Assembly (NCBI RefSeq): GCF_006345805.1
Contig: NC_043004.1
Span: forward strand, 95,914,001 to 95,978,000
Source: Octopus sinensis
Taxonomy: Eukaryota
Length of the DNA stretch: 64,000 nt
Reading direction: 5' to 3'
The position numbers were made by a program, and so were the translations under genes. Shown one piece after another: positions 22,141 to 35,254 of this stretch. The stretch's first letter is position 1. Every line of letters begins with the position of its first letter. Under the pieces are notes generated by a model. That model ran no database searches. It was not told where the DNA came from and saw only the letters and a program-made list of their open reading frames with translations.

Positions 22141-24974
22141 GGATCTGGAAGCTTAAGATCCTGCAAATGGACAGAGATTTAGGGACATATACTTGAAGCC
22201 TCTGACGAAGTAGAAGGGGATAGAGCATCACAGGGGGGAAGAAGACAGCTGGACGTTCTAAGGGACAACCTGCTGAGAGCCACTGACAGATCTGTGGCTG
22301 GTGCAAAGTCCCCTCTCGACCTAGAATAACGTGGTGGTGGAACAATATTGTAGACAGGCTATTAGAGAAAAGAGACAGGCTTGGAAGTCTGGAAAAATGG
22401 GGGTAGCAGGGAATTGTATCAGACTGCAAAGAGAAGCTAGAGACAGGTTTATTTAGCCAGAGGGAAGCAGATAAGAAAAAATTTGCCAGTTCTGCGCCGT
22501 GAGGACCAAAGACTGGAGGTGTTTCGTGTTGCAAGACAGTGTGTGAGAGAGAATCGTGATGTGGTAGGAGAGAAGTGTGTTCGCATGGAAGATGGTTCAC
22601 TTGCGCTAAATGAGGATGCAAAGAGAGAGGTTTGGAGATGCCACTATGAAGGTTGCTGAATGAAGAAAATGAATGGGATAAAGAGAGTCTGCTGAATGTT
22701 TGACCCAACAGAGGGACCAGCTATCCGAGTTGATAGTTCTGTGGTAGCTAAGGCAATTAGAAGCATGAAGACAGGGAAAGCCCCAGGCCCATCAGGAATC
22801 ACTGCAGAGATGCTCAAAATGTCTGGTAGTGTCGGCTATAGCCTAGTCACCCATATAGTTAATCAGTGATACACAAAGGGGTCATACCCAATGACTGGTG
22901 TAGCAGTATAATAGTCAACTGCTACAAAGGTAAAGGTGATGCCCTAGATACAATAACTACAGAGGTATCAAGCTGTGGACCAGGTGATGAAGGTTACGGA
23001 GAGGGTCATAGCCCAACTGATTAGAGAGAGAGTTAGTTTAGATGAGATGCAGTTTGGGTTTGTGCCAGGGAAAAGTACTAACTGATGCTATATTCCTGGT
23101 AAGGCAGCTGCAGGAGAAATACCTAGCCAAAGATAAGCCCCTGTACCTGGCTTTTGTTGACATGGAGAAACCTTCGACAGGGTCCCCCGATCCCTTATCT
23201 GGTGGGCAATGAGAAAACTAGGATAGATGAATGGTTAGTGAGAGCTGTGCGGGCCATGTATAGGGACGCCGCTAGTAGGGTGAGGGTTGGAAATGAGTAC
23301 AGTGAAGAATTCCGGGTAGAGGTATGGGTCCACCAAGGCTCAGTACTCAGCCCCCTCCTATTTATATAGTCCTCCAGGCAATAACAGAGGAATTCAAGAC
23401 AGGATGCCCTGGGGAGCTCCTCTATGCTGATGACCTTGCTCTAATTGCTGAGTCGCTATCAGAACTGGAGGAGAAGTTTCAGGTGTGGAACAAGATTAGA
23501 ATCGAAGGGTCTCAGAGTCAATCTAGCTAAAACCAAAGTCGTAATCAGTAGGAAGGTAGACAAATCACAACACCTTCAGGTAGATGGCCTGCTCGATCTG
23601 TAGAAAAGGTGTAGGTAGAAACTCTATAAGATGCACCAAGTGTAAGCTTGGACACATAAGAGATGCAGCAATGTCAAAGGAAGGCTAACTAGGAAGATGG
23701 TTTTTGTATGTGGCAGATGCTCAGGAACAATAAACACTGAAATGCTCTGAGACCAACTTCCGTCACTTTCCAGGGAGAAAAACTAGAAATAGTTGATAGT
23801 TTCCGTTACCTAGGTGACCAAGTCAGCAGCGGGGCGGGTGTGCTGAAAGTGTAACTGCTAGAGTAAGAATAGCTTGGGCAAAGTTCAGAGAGCTCTTACC
23901 TCTGCTGGTGACAAAAGGCTCTCGCACAGAGTGAAAGGCATACTGTATGATGCGTGTGTACGAACAGCCATGCTACAGGCAGTGAAACATGGGCCGTGGA
24001 CTGCTGAGGATATGCGTAAGCTCACTAGAAATGAAGCCAGTATGCTCCGATGGATGTGTAATGCCGGTACTCACACTCGGCAGAGTGTAAGTACCTTGAG
24101 AGAAAAGCTGGACCTTAGAAGCATCAGTTGTGGTGTGCAAGAGAGACGTTTGCGCGGTATGGTCATGTGGCGAGAATGGATGAAGATAGTTGTGTGAAAA
24201 AGTGCCACACCCTAGCAGTTGAGGGAACCTGTGGAAGAGGCAGACCCAGGAAAACCTGGACGAGGTGGTGAAGCACGACCTTCGAACTTTAGGTCTCACT
24301 GAGGAAATAACTAGAGACCGAGACCTCTGGAATGTGCTGTGGCGCGAGAAGACCCGGCAGGACAAGTGAGCCCACAACCATGGCCTTCTACATGGGATGG
24401 AGCCAGCCTACGTATGCATACCTTCCCTTCTTGGACACAAAACTCTACTTGTGAAGACGTGTTGAGGCAAGTGAGGATCAGAATCGAAATCAATCAATGG
24501 AAATTGCGGATGTGCTACCAGTGCCGGTGGCATGTCGAAAACTCTGCTTGTGAAGACCCATTGAGGCAAGTGAGGATCAGAATCGAAATCGATCAATGGA
24601 AATCGATCAATGGAAATTGCAGATGTGTTACCAGTGCCGGTGGCATGTAAGAGAACTTTCCGTTTCGCGACCGTTGCCAGCACCGCCCGTTTCGTGTCCG
24701 TTGCCAGCCTCGCCTGGCCCTCATGCCGGTGGCACATAAAAAGCACCATCCGTTCGTGGCCGTTGCCAGCTCTGTCTGGCACCAGTGCGGGTGGCACGTA
24801 AAAAGCACCCCTACACTCACGGAGTGGTTGGCGTTAGGAAGGGCATCCAGCCGTAGAAAACACTGCCAGATTTGACTGGGCCTGATGAAGCCTTCTGGCT
24901 TCACAGACCCCAGTAGAACCGTCCAACCCATGCTAGCATGGAAAACGGACGCTAAATGATGATGATGATGATGA

Positions 24975-24976
<2 letters not shown>
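22141..24976 (+). mobile_element. 5'-truncated RTE-clade LINE with complete RT domain and 3' UTR, in a (TA)n tract
   Basis: Frameshifted ORF with KAPGPSG, NYRGIKL, QFGFVPG, FVDMEK.FDRV, HQGSVLSPLLF and YADD (23423-23434). ORF stop near 24369, minisatellite-like 3' UTR, (GAT)n tail. No AP endonuclease part present. Confidence 0.95.
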
Positions 24977-25023
<47 letters not shown>

Positions 25024-25025
25024 AC

Positions 25026-25057
<32 letters not shown>

Positions 25058-25061
25058 TGTA

Positions 25062-25265
25062 TTGTATTGGCATCCTTTCTGTCTCGGGAGACAATCGAGT
25101 TGCGCATGAAGTAGTCTAGTCCGGCTTTTATATTTCATGTCCTGATACATTTCCTGCTGTGGCTGTGTAGTCCTATCCTGGACAAACACTCCCTCTGGCA
25201 GGTACCGCAAATGTAGCAAAGACTGTTCCTGGCTGGTTGTAGTGCCATAGTCTCTTGTTTACGTC
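25062..25265 (-). mobile_element. RTE-BovB-like LINE 3' end
   Basis: Minus frame YICGTCQRECLSRIGLHSHSRKCIRT*, then GTCTCCCGAGACAGAAAGGATGCCAATACAAT. Confidence 0.75.
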
Positions 25266-25358
25266 TCTTCTTCTTTACATTTCTCCTCTCTCTCTCTGTC
25301 ACTCCTTTGTATTCCCTCTATATATACATACATATATATATATATATATAATATATAT

Positions 25359-25403
<45 letters not shown>

Positions 25404-26591
25404 AAGATATGGCAGGCTTCATTCAGTTTCCGTCTACCAAATCCACTCACAAGGCATTGGTTGACCCGAAGCTATAGTAGAAGACACTTACCCAAGGTGC
25501 CTTGTAGTGGACTGAACCCAGAACCATGTGCTTGGGAAGCAAGCTTCTTACCACACAGCCACGCTGCACCTATATTACTATATTTTTTTCATCTAAATAC
25601 CTTTTTCAATAATATTGTTGCCAACAGCAGGTTTAACAATGTCAATTCTAAAACAGTCAACAACTGCTACAAACATGGCAGTTCTTCTCTGTTCTTTGAA
25701 TAAGTACGATGGATTTGGCAGTTCCATAAAAATTTCATGTTTAATATACATCGTCATCATCATCATCGTCAACAATACCATTTCTTCCTTTTCTTCTTTT
25801 TTCTTCTTCTTCTCCTCCTTCTCTGCCTCCCCTCTCCCACCACCTCACTCTCTGCCCCCCCCCCATGCCTCCCCTGTGTGTATGTGTATGATATTGTATT
25901 TATCATACTATATTATATGAAGGCAGCAAGCTGGCTGAGTTGTTACTGTACCAGACATTTTGTCCTTCTTTGTGTTCTGAGTTCAAATGTTGCAGAGGTT
26001 GACTTTATCTTCTATCCTTTTGGGGTCATAAAATAAGTACCAGTGGAACACAGAGTTAACCCCTCCCTAGAAATTGCTGTCCTTGTATCAAAATTTGAAA
26101 CCAATCTATTATATTATATAGAATGAGAAAATGTGACTATGTATTAAGCATTACTTTTCCTCTCTATTATTACCTGAATTTCACAAAAATTGGTCTTATT
26201 AGAAAACGGGCTCTGAAAAATCTTGATTATTGAGATCACTTCAAACTCTCTTTTTCTCTAATGCTACCAGGAAGAGCATATCATTTGTACAAGGCAGAAA
26301 ATATCCCATTTACTCTGTCCAAGCAATGCCCATATCAAGCTCACTGGTCATTCAAAGTTAGGCCCCCATGTTACACATTCACCTATAAAAATTGGGTTTA
26401 GTCACATTACAACATTGCAACACAGGTTCTTTTTATCTTGACTTGGCCTGCTTCAATCAAAGAATAGTCATATGAGAAAACAGCCCAAAAATATTCTTCC
26501 AGTAGATAGCAAAGAAACCACTGACACCCAAACATATATCAGTAAACAGCCACTCTCTACTTGAGCATGCTGTAGAGTCCTAAAGTAACAC

Positions 26592-26790
26592 TTAATCCTT
26601 TAGCATTTAGATTATTCTGTCAAAAGTAATGTTTATTTATTCACATGTATTTAATTAATCATGCATTATTGTGTAGCTTTGAGATTTTAATGAGGTAACA
26701 GTTAAATTTTAGAATTATATTGTAGGGTAGGTGTGAGCGGCTACATCTGGCCAGTTTAATCACAAGAAAATAGTAGAATATTTGGATTGG
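26592..26790 (+). mobile_element. TTAA MITE, family CCCTTTAGCATT (truncated)
   Basis: TTAA TCCTTTAGCATTTAGATTATTCTGTCAAA; related copies at 37551, 38868 and 54315. Confidence 0.55.
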
Positions 26791-26859
26791 AATTTGAACA
26801 CAGAACATAATGATGGACAAAATACTGCTAAGCATTTTGCCCAGTGTCCTAATGATTCT

Positions 26860-28190
26860 GTTAGCTCACCACCTTAAAAATAATAAAAACAATAAAAGTC
26901 CTTTCTACAATAGGCACAAGGCCTGAAATTTTGAGGGAGTTGAGTAGTTGATTACGGCGAGCTGGCAGAAACGTTAGCATGCTGGGCGAAATGCGTAGCC
27001 GTATTTCGTCTGCCGTTACGTTCTGAGTTCAAATTCCGCCCAGGTCGACTTTGCCATTCATCTTTTCGGGGTCGATAAATAAAGTAACAGTTACGCACTG
27101 GGGTCGATGTAATCGAGTTAATCCGTTTGTCCGTCCTTGTTTGTCCCCTCTGTGTTTAGCCCCTTGTGGGTAGTAAAGAAACAAATTACATCAACCCCAG
27201 TGTTCAGCTGGTACTTATTTTATTGATTCTGAAAGGATGAAAAGCAAAGTCGGTCTCGGTGGAATTTGAACTTTAAATTTAAAACCAGAAACAATGTAGC
27301 TAAGCATTTTGTCTGGCATTCTACTGATTCTGCCAGCTTGGCAAATTTTGGCACATGGCCAGTAATTTCAAGATGAAGGGATTAGATGATATCACCAATC
27401 CCAGTACTTGACTGGAGCTTTATTTTATCAGGCCTGAAAAGATGAAAGGCAAAGTTGACCTGGAAGGTGTTTGAACTGAGAATGGAAAGAGCTGGAAGAA
27501 ATTCTGCTAAGCATTTTGTTCAATGCCCTAACCATATGGTTGAATACTAAAAGGTTAAAAGATGACTCCGGATGGTACTATTAACTTAGATATGATCTAA
27601 AGGTGGTGAGCTGACAGAATCATTAGCATGCTGGACAAAATCCTTTGCGGTATTTCATCCTTTCAAGAGTTGATTAAATAAGTACCAGTTATGCGCTGGA
27701 GTCGATGTAAACGAATTAATCCCTTCCCCTAAATTTGAGGCCTTGTGCTTCCAGTAGAAAGTATTAACTTATTTATAATCTGGGCAAATAATGACCACAA
27801 AAATCCATCAATGTAATGTTACAGAATATCCATAATCTCACATGTATTCACATATACATATAAGTATTTAAAGTGTGTGTGTAAATATTGAGAGGAATGG
27901 TAAAGGATTATCAATATAAGGTTTTCTTTGCATGTTCACAAGCAGGTGTCAATTGAGTGTGTACTGCAGAAAATTCAAATTTTTGGCAGAAGGTTAGACA
28001 TTTTAGGATAAGGATTAAGTTGATTATATCTAACCCCAGTACTTAATTGGTATTTATTTTATTGACTCTGAAAAGATCAACGGTGAAGTTGACTTTGATG
28101 AAATTTGAACTCAGACTGTTTAGAGCTGGAAAAAAATGATGTTAAGCATTTCGCCTGGTGTACTAATGATTCTGCTAACTCTCTTCTCTT
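26860..28190. mobile_element. Cluster of about 6-7 family A SINE copies in both orientations
   Basis: Plus copies at ~26955-27182 and ~27595-27770; minus copies at ~27185-27350, ~27350-27530 and ~27985-28190; nested partial pieces. Confidence 0.75.
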
Positions 28191-28614
28191 GTAGATGCCA
28201 TAGTGTAAAAACAGAGAATTGTATGGTTATACGTTCTTACATTTTTATATATATAATTATTCACTGATGTACCTGGTAATTCCCAGAAAAGTAGAGCTTA
28301 TCCCTGGTCCCATTCTCATAATTGTTTCACTAATCCAATAGCAACAATGCAAAGTATGTAGTCCTTAAAACGGTTTTTGTGCATTTACAGAGAATACTAA
28401 ACCATCTTACATAGGATCTTCTTTTTACTAAATCCTAATAAGTTATGAATATCCAAATCATGAAGTCAGTTATATAATAATTAACATGCAAATTAGTTAA
28501 CCGATGGTAACAATTTGAACGAAGTAGACCTGAAAAGGGTTTTAATGTGTTCCGAGAGTATAAAGAACTTAGGGGGAAATACTAATAAGGTATGTATACC
28601 AAAATTATGAAGCA

Positions 28615-28870
28615 TCATCATCATCATCATCATCATCGTTTAGCGTCTGCTTTCGATGCTAGCATGGGTTGGACGGTTCAACTGGGGTCTGTGAAGCCAG
28701 AAGGCTGCACCAGGCCCAGTCAGATCTGGCAGTGTTTCTACGGCTGGATGCCCTTCCTAACGCCAACCACTCCGCGAGTGTAGTGCGTGCTTTTTACGTA
28801 CCACCCGCACAGGTGCCAGACGGAGCTGGCAAATGGCCACGGACGGATGGTGCTTTTTACGTGCCACCGT
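28615..28870 (-). mobile_element. RTE 3' tail
   Basis: Near-identical to the reverse complement of ~24720-24975. Confidence 0.85.
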
Positions 28871-29666
28871 GTTATGTAATAATAGGCAAATCGGATATGT
28901 ATGGTTATATGTTCTTACATTTTTATACATATAACTATTACATTTTTCTACTCGTGGGGTTTGGAACAAAGGGTAATTCTCTCCATGACGAGAGGAACTG
29001 AGGCTATTTATGTCTTTCTTAATTATTTGCAAGTCAACACCAACAGAGGTTACAACAGTAACAGTAGTAAAAGCAAAGTACACTTGTGGGGAAGTAACTA
29101 GAAAATGCCTGTGAATGACTTTATATTATCGTTTGGGGAACCATTTTCTGGATTGGGATTAGAATGTCTGATTAACAGCAGCACTATTCCGTGTGTGCGT
29201 GTGTGTGTGTGTCCTGGTGTGTGACTGAGTGGGTTTCTTCTGTATTTCTCTTGTGTGATCCAATCTCTTATTGGTTCAATCTCTCGTTGGACATTTCCAG
29301 TTTTTCAATGAAAAGTGATCATAATCTTCTTACTCAAAAACCCTTCTCTAATTTTGGAGAAAAGATGCCATAGTGGCCTCACATAACTTTTCTCAAACAA
29401 CAGTAGATTGGATTCAATATGTGTGTGTGTGTGTGTGTGGAGGAGAGAGTTACAGAGAGTGCGAGAGGGAGAGAGAAATCAGCATCGATTTTTGACTGGT
29501 ATATTATTTATCAACCTCAGAAGGATTAAAAAAGAAGGTTGACTTTCTCAGCATTTGAACTTAGAGAGCTGAAACAACTAACTGAAAACATTCTTTATGA
29601 CACACTATCAACTCTGTAACTCACTACCATCATACATATATGTAGATATAGATTATATATGAGTTG

Positions 29667-29739
29667 GTCTTAGAAGCATAATGAAACACAATTCATTCAT
29701 ATTTTTGTGTTCATAATATGTCATTATCAGAACGTTGAC
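29667..29739 (+). ncRNA. Highly degenerate hammerhead-like motif
   Basis: GTC..ATAATGA AACACAA..TTGTGTT..TCATTAT C AGAA CGTT GAC: stems and AACGTT palindrome retained, both core boxes altered. Confidence 0.3.
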
Positions 29740-30007
29740 TAATATATATTTATCTCACTTATACATCTGGTTTCACTTCGAAGATCTCGTACTATCTTAT
29801 ACCTTGACTGTTCTGGAAGAGATATCAACAATGTCTAGTTGATATATTGATGTGTATGAATGTGTGTGTGTGTGCGTGCGTGCACACATGTAAGTGTGTA
29901 TGTGTGCATCCGTGCATGCTTGTGTGTGTGTATATATTCCTATTTATGTATATCTATGTAACTACATCTATCTATCGATCTATGTAGTATGTATGTATGA
30001 GAATGTA

Positions 30008-30073
<66 letters not shown>

Positions 30074-30114
30074 CATATATATATATACATATATATATAC
30101 ATATATATATATAC

Positions 30115-30176
<62 letters not shown>

Positions 30177-30731
30177 CATACACATATATGTATATATATA
30201 CATATATGTATCAATATATATATATATATTATATATATATATATGTATTTATGTATATGTATATATATGTGTGTGTGGTGTATCTTTGTGTATGTGTGTA
30301 TATGCATTATGTATGCATGTATATTTGTCTACATAAGTCTCCTTTTGTCTGAATATATTTCGTCTCGTTACACACACAGACATGCACACACATATTCACA
30401 AAAGCACATAGATGTGTGTGTAAATATCAATCATACACACATACACACACACACATATATATGCATGTGGATATACATACATATATATATATATATATAT
30501 ATGCACACGTTTGCGTGTATGTGAAATGTGTAAGTATATAGAAGCACATACTGTCATAGGCACACACATACATATTCATAAATACTCGTAAATATTAAAC
30601 ATTGACGCTTGCACACATTTAATTAGCTGAAACTGAAAAATTACACACGAATTGTGTATGGTAATAAATTCACCCCTGGATACATCCGTGGTAATCACTG
30701 AAAGGAATTATAACCAAAGACCAATTCTTAC

Positions 30732-30779
30732 AACCAAAAGTTCTGTAAAGTTTTCTGTCCAAAGCCAGCAGCAGAAAAT
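30732..30779 (-). CDS. Candidate 48-nt internal exon, product unknown
   Basis: Minus strand: CTAAT branch-like motif, ..CAACTTATCAG| exon |GTAAGA. All three frames are open. Confidence 0.3.
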
Positions 30780-31408
30780 CTGATAAGTTGTTGAATGAAA
30801 TAATTAGAAATTCTAATGAATCTTTGTATAATATTTGTCCTTGTTTTACACTTCAATTTTGTTAGATTTTCTTGGTTTAGATTATGGGAAATAGTGTTAG
30901 GTGTCAATATATATATATGTAAGTTTTGGGAATGAGTAAATGTGTGATAAATATATCTTTGTCTGTGTCTACAAACATTGAGAAACATCACATCGTATTA
31001 AGACATTGCTGTATCAGTCAATAAAGTGTTGAACTATCGTTGAGCTGTGGGCTATTGTTCAAATTGATGACTGTCAGTACTCAGCTCAAAGAATGGCTCA
31101 AGACTCTTAAATCCTGCATACACACTTGAACTAAACAGAAATTAGTAACCACAGAAAATTGCATCACGTTTCTGTAAACAGTGGGAACCTGTTTAAATAA
31201 CAAGTGTCTTTAACTATAACCATGGGCTGACCAAAGTCTTGTGATTGGATTTGGTAAATGGAAACTGAAAGAAGTCTGGCATATATATACGAATGTGTGT
31301 GTGTGTGTGTGTTTGTGCTCCCCCCCTCCTGCTTGACAACCAGTGTTGGCTTGTTTACATCCCCATAATTTAGAGGTTCAGCAAAAGAGACCTACTGAAT
31401 AAGTACCA

Positions 31409-31445
<37 letters not shown>

Positions 31446-31701
31446 TTTACTCTTTACTTGTTTCAGTCATTTGACTGTGGCCATGCTGGAGCACTGCCTT
31501 TAGTCGAGCAAATCGACCCCAGGACTTATTCTTTGTAAGCTTATTCTATCAGTCTCTTTTGCCGAACCGCTAAGTGACGGCAATGTAAACACACCAGCAT
31601 CGGTTGTCAAGCAATGCTAGGGGGACAAACACAGCCACTCCTGCGCCTATATATATATATATATATATTGATCAAAATAAAAACATGATGCCAAGGATTC
31701 A

Positions 31702-31779
31702 GCGGTACATATGTTTCGGGCCTTTATTAGACAGATTTATAACAATGCATAATGTATGTCTGTGGCCTTCTTCAGCCGC
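31702..31779 (-). ncRNA. Type I hammerhead ribozyme motif, intact core
   Basis: Minus strand: GCGG CTGAAGA A GGCC..GGCC C GAAA CATATG TA CCGC. ACATATGT palindrome, GUA triplet. Confidence 0.75.
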
Positions 31780-31930
31780 GCACAACAGCTTCTACAAGGA
31801 CATGTGTTACATCAAAAATTCTTGGTTGGGGATGCAAATCCTCTCATTCGCGTATGACATAATGCGGCAACAGCATAGAATTGAAGCGTCCATCTCTTTT
31901 TTCTCTCAATGTAGAATTATATATATATAA

Positions 31931-32016
31931 GTGGCTGAAGATTGCTCAACATTTTAAAACTGATGTAATACTTACAGTGTTTAATAAAATGAAGTAGCAT
32001 GAAACGATTGTACCAC
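31931..32016 (+). ncRNA. Type I hammerhead ribozyme motif, intact core
   Basis: GTGG CTGAAGA TTGCT..AGCAT GAAA CGATTG TA CCAC; same family as 3422-3507. Confidence 0.75.
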
Positions 32017-32414
32017 ATTATCTCGGATATACTTGTTGCTTATTTTGATTATAATCACCCCATGGATTTATATGGATAATACCATACGAAATTCTGGTGC
32101 CTTTGACTTAAGTACCATATTCATCTGAATCTAAATTTTTCTGAACTTATATATATATACATATATATAAAAAAAAACAAATGAAGTACTGTGTTTGATT
32201 TGTTTGACTGAAAATCTTTCAAGGTGGTGCCCCAGTTTGGCCACAGTCTAATGACTGAAACAAATAAAAGATAAAAGATAGAAGATGACACTGCATCTCA
32301 GACTGCAATACCCTGCTCTTTCCTAAAATTGCGAGGTTTAGTATGAAGATGATTTTACTGCTATTTATAGAAGGTTGAGTGATTAAGTAATGTGTTGTGT
32401 TTAGTACAGTTGTA

Positions 32415-32750
32415 TAAAATAATAATAATGAAATTATTGTATACAGTGCTCAGGTGCTCCACAACTTGTCAAAAAGTGCGTATAAAGTATATGCAGTAAT
32501 GTACAAATGTCTGGGAAGTGAACAGTGTATGAGTCAGATACATGCTTGCGTGTGTATGCAGGGGAGAAAATCAGGTGTAGTGTTGGTGAATCTTAGGAAG
32601 CATGGAAGTTTTGAAGGATGCAGTGCTCCGACAACTAAAAACTGATGCCGGCAGCTTGTTCCATGCTTCAGCAACTCTTAGTGGGAAAATTGTTTCTGAA
32701 AGTCATGGGAGTTGTGCTGTTTTCTGACTTTGTAAACATGTCCATGGGTG
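32415..32750 (-). mobile_element. CR1-type LINE 3' end
   Basis: Minus frame THGHVYKVRKQH..RVAEAWNKLPASV..TASFKTSML, with an (ATT)n tail. Confidence 0.75.
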
Positions 32751-32989
32751 TTATATTTAAAGAGTCTCAGATTTGATCCTCACGTGTTTAAGTTGCACCT
32801 TTCTTTGTGCCTTTGTCTGTTATTTCACTTCTATTTAATATATTTAACCATAAACACAAAAGGACGTTCCTTAACTTCAAGGGCCAATATTAACTGAAAA
32901 GAGGTTAAATAGCAGCCCTATAATACTACAGATACTAAGTGCAATAAAGATGTTCAAAGCTATGGCTTTGATTAGGTAAAGAGCCTAGA

Positions 32990-33290
32990 TTGAACCTAAA
33001 AAGTTCCCCTTCGAGGTACAAGTCTGAGTAAGGTTGTTTATGGGAGACCAGCTGTCACCCAAGCATACCAGTCATCCCTCTCCATGTCACCAATGTTATC
33101 AAAGGGAAAGGCAAAGGGGCCGATACAGCTTGGCACCAATGATGTTGCAACTCATTTCTACAGCTGAATAAACTGGAACAATGTGAAATAAAATATCAAA
33201 AACACAACACACAGCCCAGTCTGGGAATCGAACTCAACACCTTATGATTGTGAGCCCGAAGCTCTAACCACTGAGCTACGCATTCTTCAC
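32990..33290 (-). mobile_element. SINE family C
   Basis: Reverse complement of the 17599-17933 type. Confidence 0.75.
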
Positions 33291-33499
33291 TTTGATCAGT
33301 ATGTAATTTAATGCCTTGCATTTGCTCAGTTCAAATCCTGCTTATGTCTTCCTTAATTTTTGAAACATCTACCTGAATTTTGATTACTTCTGATTAGATA
33401 TAAGGACTGGCATGGCAGAATAGTTAAGAATAGTTAACTTTGCATTTACATGATTTCAGACTTTGCCCTATTGCATTTTTTGTCGAGACTGCTTAGGAT

Positions 33500-33640
33500 C
33501 TTGGGCATGAATGAAAACCCAGGTTCGAAATTTCTCCAAGACACCTGATGAAGGCTGGAGAATATATCAGCTGAAACATTGTATTAACAACAAACAAGAT
33601 GAGGACAAATATCCATCAAGTGTAAATAATGTAAATAAAG
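33500..33640 (+). mobile_element. Hammerhead-bearing tail element (motif at 33540-33585), same family as 19220-19365
   Basis: GACAC CTGATGA A GGCTG GAGAATATAT CAGCT GAAA CA TT GTATT; helix III CG changed to CA. Confidence 0.65.
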
Positions 33641-33679
33641 CCTGTAAATAAAGCTTGTATATACACATATATATACATA

Positions 33680-34590
33680 TATCATCATCATCATCATCAT
33701 CATCATTTAGCGTCCGTTTTCCATGCTAGCATGGGTTGGACGGTTCAACTGGGGTCTGGGGAGCCCGAAGGCTGCACCAGGCCAGTCAGATCTGGCAGTG
33801 TTTCTACAGCTGGATGCCCTTCCTAACGCCAACCACTCCGAGAGGGTGTAGTGTGTGATTTTATGTGCCACCGACACAGGTGCCAGACGAGGCTGGCGAA
33901 CGGCCACGCTCGGATGGTGTTTTTATTGTGCCACCGACACAGGTGCCAGACGAGGCTGGCAGACGGCCACGCTCGGATGGTGTTTTTATGTGCCACCGAC
34001 ACAGGTGCCGATGAGGCTGGCGGACGGCCACGATCGGATGGTGTTTGTTACGTCCCCAAAGCACGGAGGCCAGTCGATGCGGTACTGGCTACGGCCATGT
34101 TCGGATGGTTTTCTTGTGTGCCACCGGCACTGGTACCACAAAGATACAAATTCCATTGATGTTCATCTATTTTGATTTGTTTTGATTTGATTTGATTTTC
34201 ACTTGCCTCAACGGTCTTCACAAGTGTCACAAGAAGGAAGGTATGCACAGGTGGACTGACTACGTCCCAGGTAGGGCCACGGGTTATGGCCTGACTAGTC
34301 TTGCCGGGTCTTCGGATGGTGTTTTTATGTGCCAGATGAGGCTGGCGAACGGCCACGATCGGATGGTGTTTGTTGCGTGCCCACAGCACGGAGGCCAGTC
34401 GATGCGGTACTGGCTATGGCCACGTTCGGATGGTGGTTTTCTTGTGTGCCACCGGCACTGGTACCACAAAGATACAAATTCCATTGATGTTCATCTATTT
34501 TGATTTGTTTTTTTTGATTTGATTGATTTTCACTTGCCTCAACAGGTCTTCACAAGTGTCACAAGAAGGAAGGTATGCACAGGTGGACTG
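33680..34590 (-). mobile_element. RTE 3' UTR with expanded internal tandem repeats
   Basis: (CAT)n tail, repeated GTGCCACCGACACAGGTGCC units, and a duplicated ~310-bp block. Confidence 0.85.
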
Positions 34591-34646
34591 ACTAATATAT
34601 ATATATATGTGTGTGTGTATACATATTACATATATATATATATATA

Positions 34647-35245
34647 CGAGGGGATACCCCTCAAAAAGCCTGCAATTTTGCAATATTATTTTATTCACTT
34701 AGTTTACATTTTACACTTTTATCACCTTCAAAATGTTTTCCATTTGAAGCTATGCATTAGTCTAGATGTGTTTTCCACAGTTCAAAGCAGTGCTGGAATT
34801 CTTGTGAAGTAATGCCTTTTAATGCCACTGTCGTTTTTTTTTTTCCTTCATCTCTTCTATATCTGCAAATTCTGTATCACCAGTTTTCAACACCTGTGAT
34901 GACCTTCACAAAAAATTTTGGATCACTTTCCTAGTGTTCTTTCAGAGTTCACGACACACATTCTGTCATGAATGCTTTTGATCTTCTGTGAGCAAATTTT
35001 GCTGCAATTCTTTTCATTTGCAATTCTTTGCTCAAAATTTGCTGGCAGGAGCTCCAGGACACACCAGTCATAACCACAAGTTTGTTGATTTTTCAGTGAT
35101 AGTCCGCCAAGATCATGAAAATTCATGAATTTTCCTGATATTTTCATTCTTTCAGGGTGTCGACGGATGCCCTGAATGAGGTTGGTCTTCAAGTATCAAG
35201 TGACCATTTCTAAAGCATGAAAACCACTCATAAACTTGTGTTTTT
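34647..35245 (-). mobile_element. Internally deleted mariner relic
   Basis: Minus frames TQVYEWFSCFRNG..LEDQPHSGHPST and LLTEDQK..NVCREL; TA + CGAGGG terminus at 34647. Confidence 0.75.
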
Positions 35246-35254
35246 GTCTTGGCA

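Noticed and set aside
22070-22708. 212-aa minus-strand ORF (and 23973-24377, 24408-24797)
   Set aside because: Antisense shadows of the RTE LINE.
23427-23434. CTGATGA matches at the RT YADD codons and in RTE tails (e.g. ~24883), and at 3744 and ~14985
   Set aside because: No correctly placed GAAA, palindromic helix III or helix I, so they were not counted as hammerheads.
26230-26580. Coding-looking unique segment
   Set aside because: Stops in all plausible frames and no family motif I could name.
29894-30524. Long Tyr/Ile-rich ORFs (also at 6374, 14289, 52879-53584, 57318-57987, 62978-63463)
   Set aside because: They are translations of (TA)n/(CA)n microsatellites, open in several frames on both strands.
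30732-30779. Frame reading DFLLLALDRKLYRTFG resembling AhpC/TSA-like redoxin motifs
   Set aside because: Only 16 residues, the reading frame is undetermined, and no other matching exons were found, so no product was assigned.
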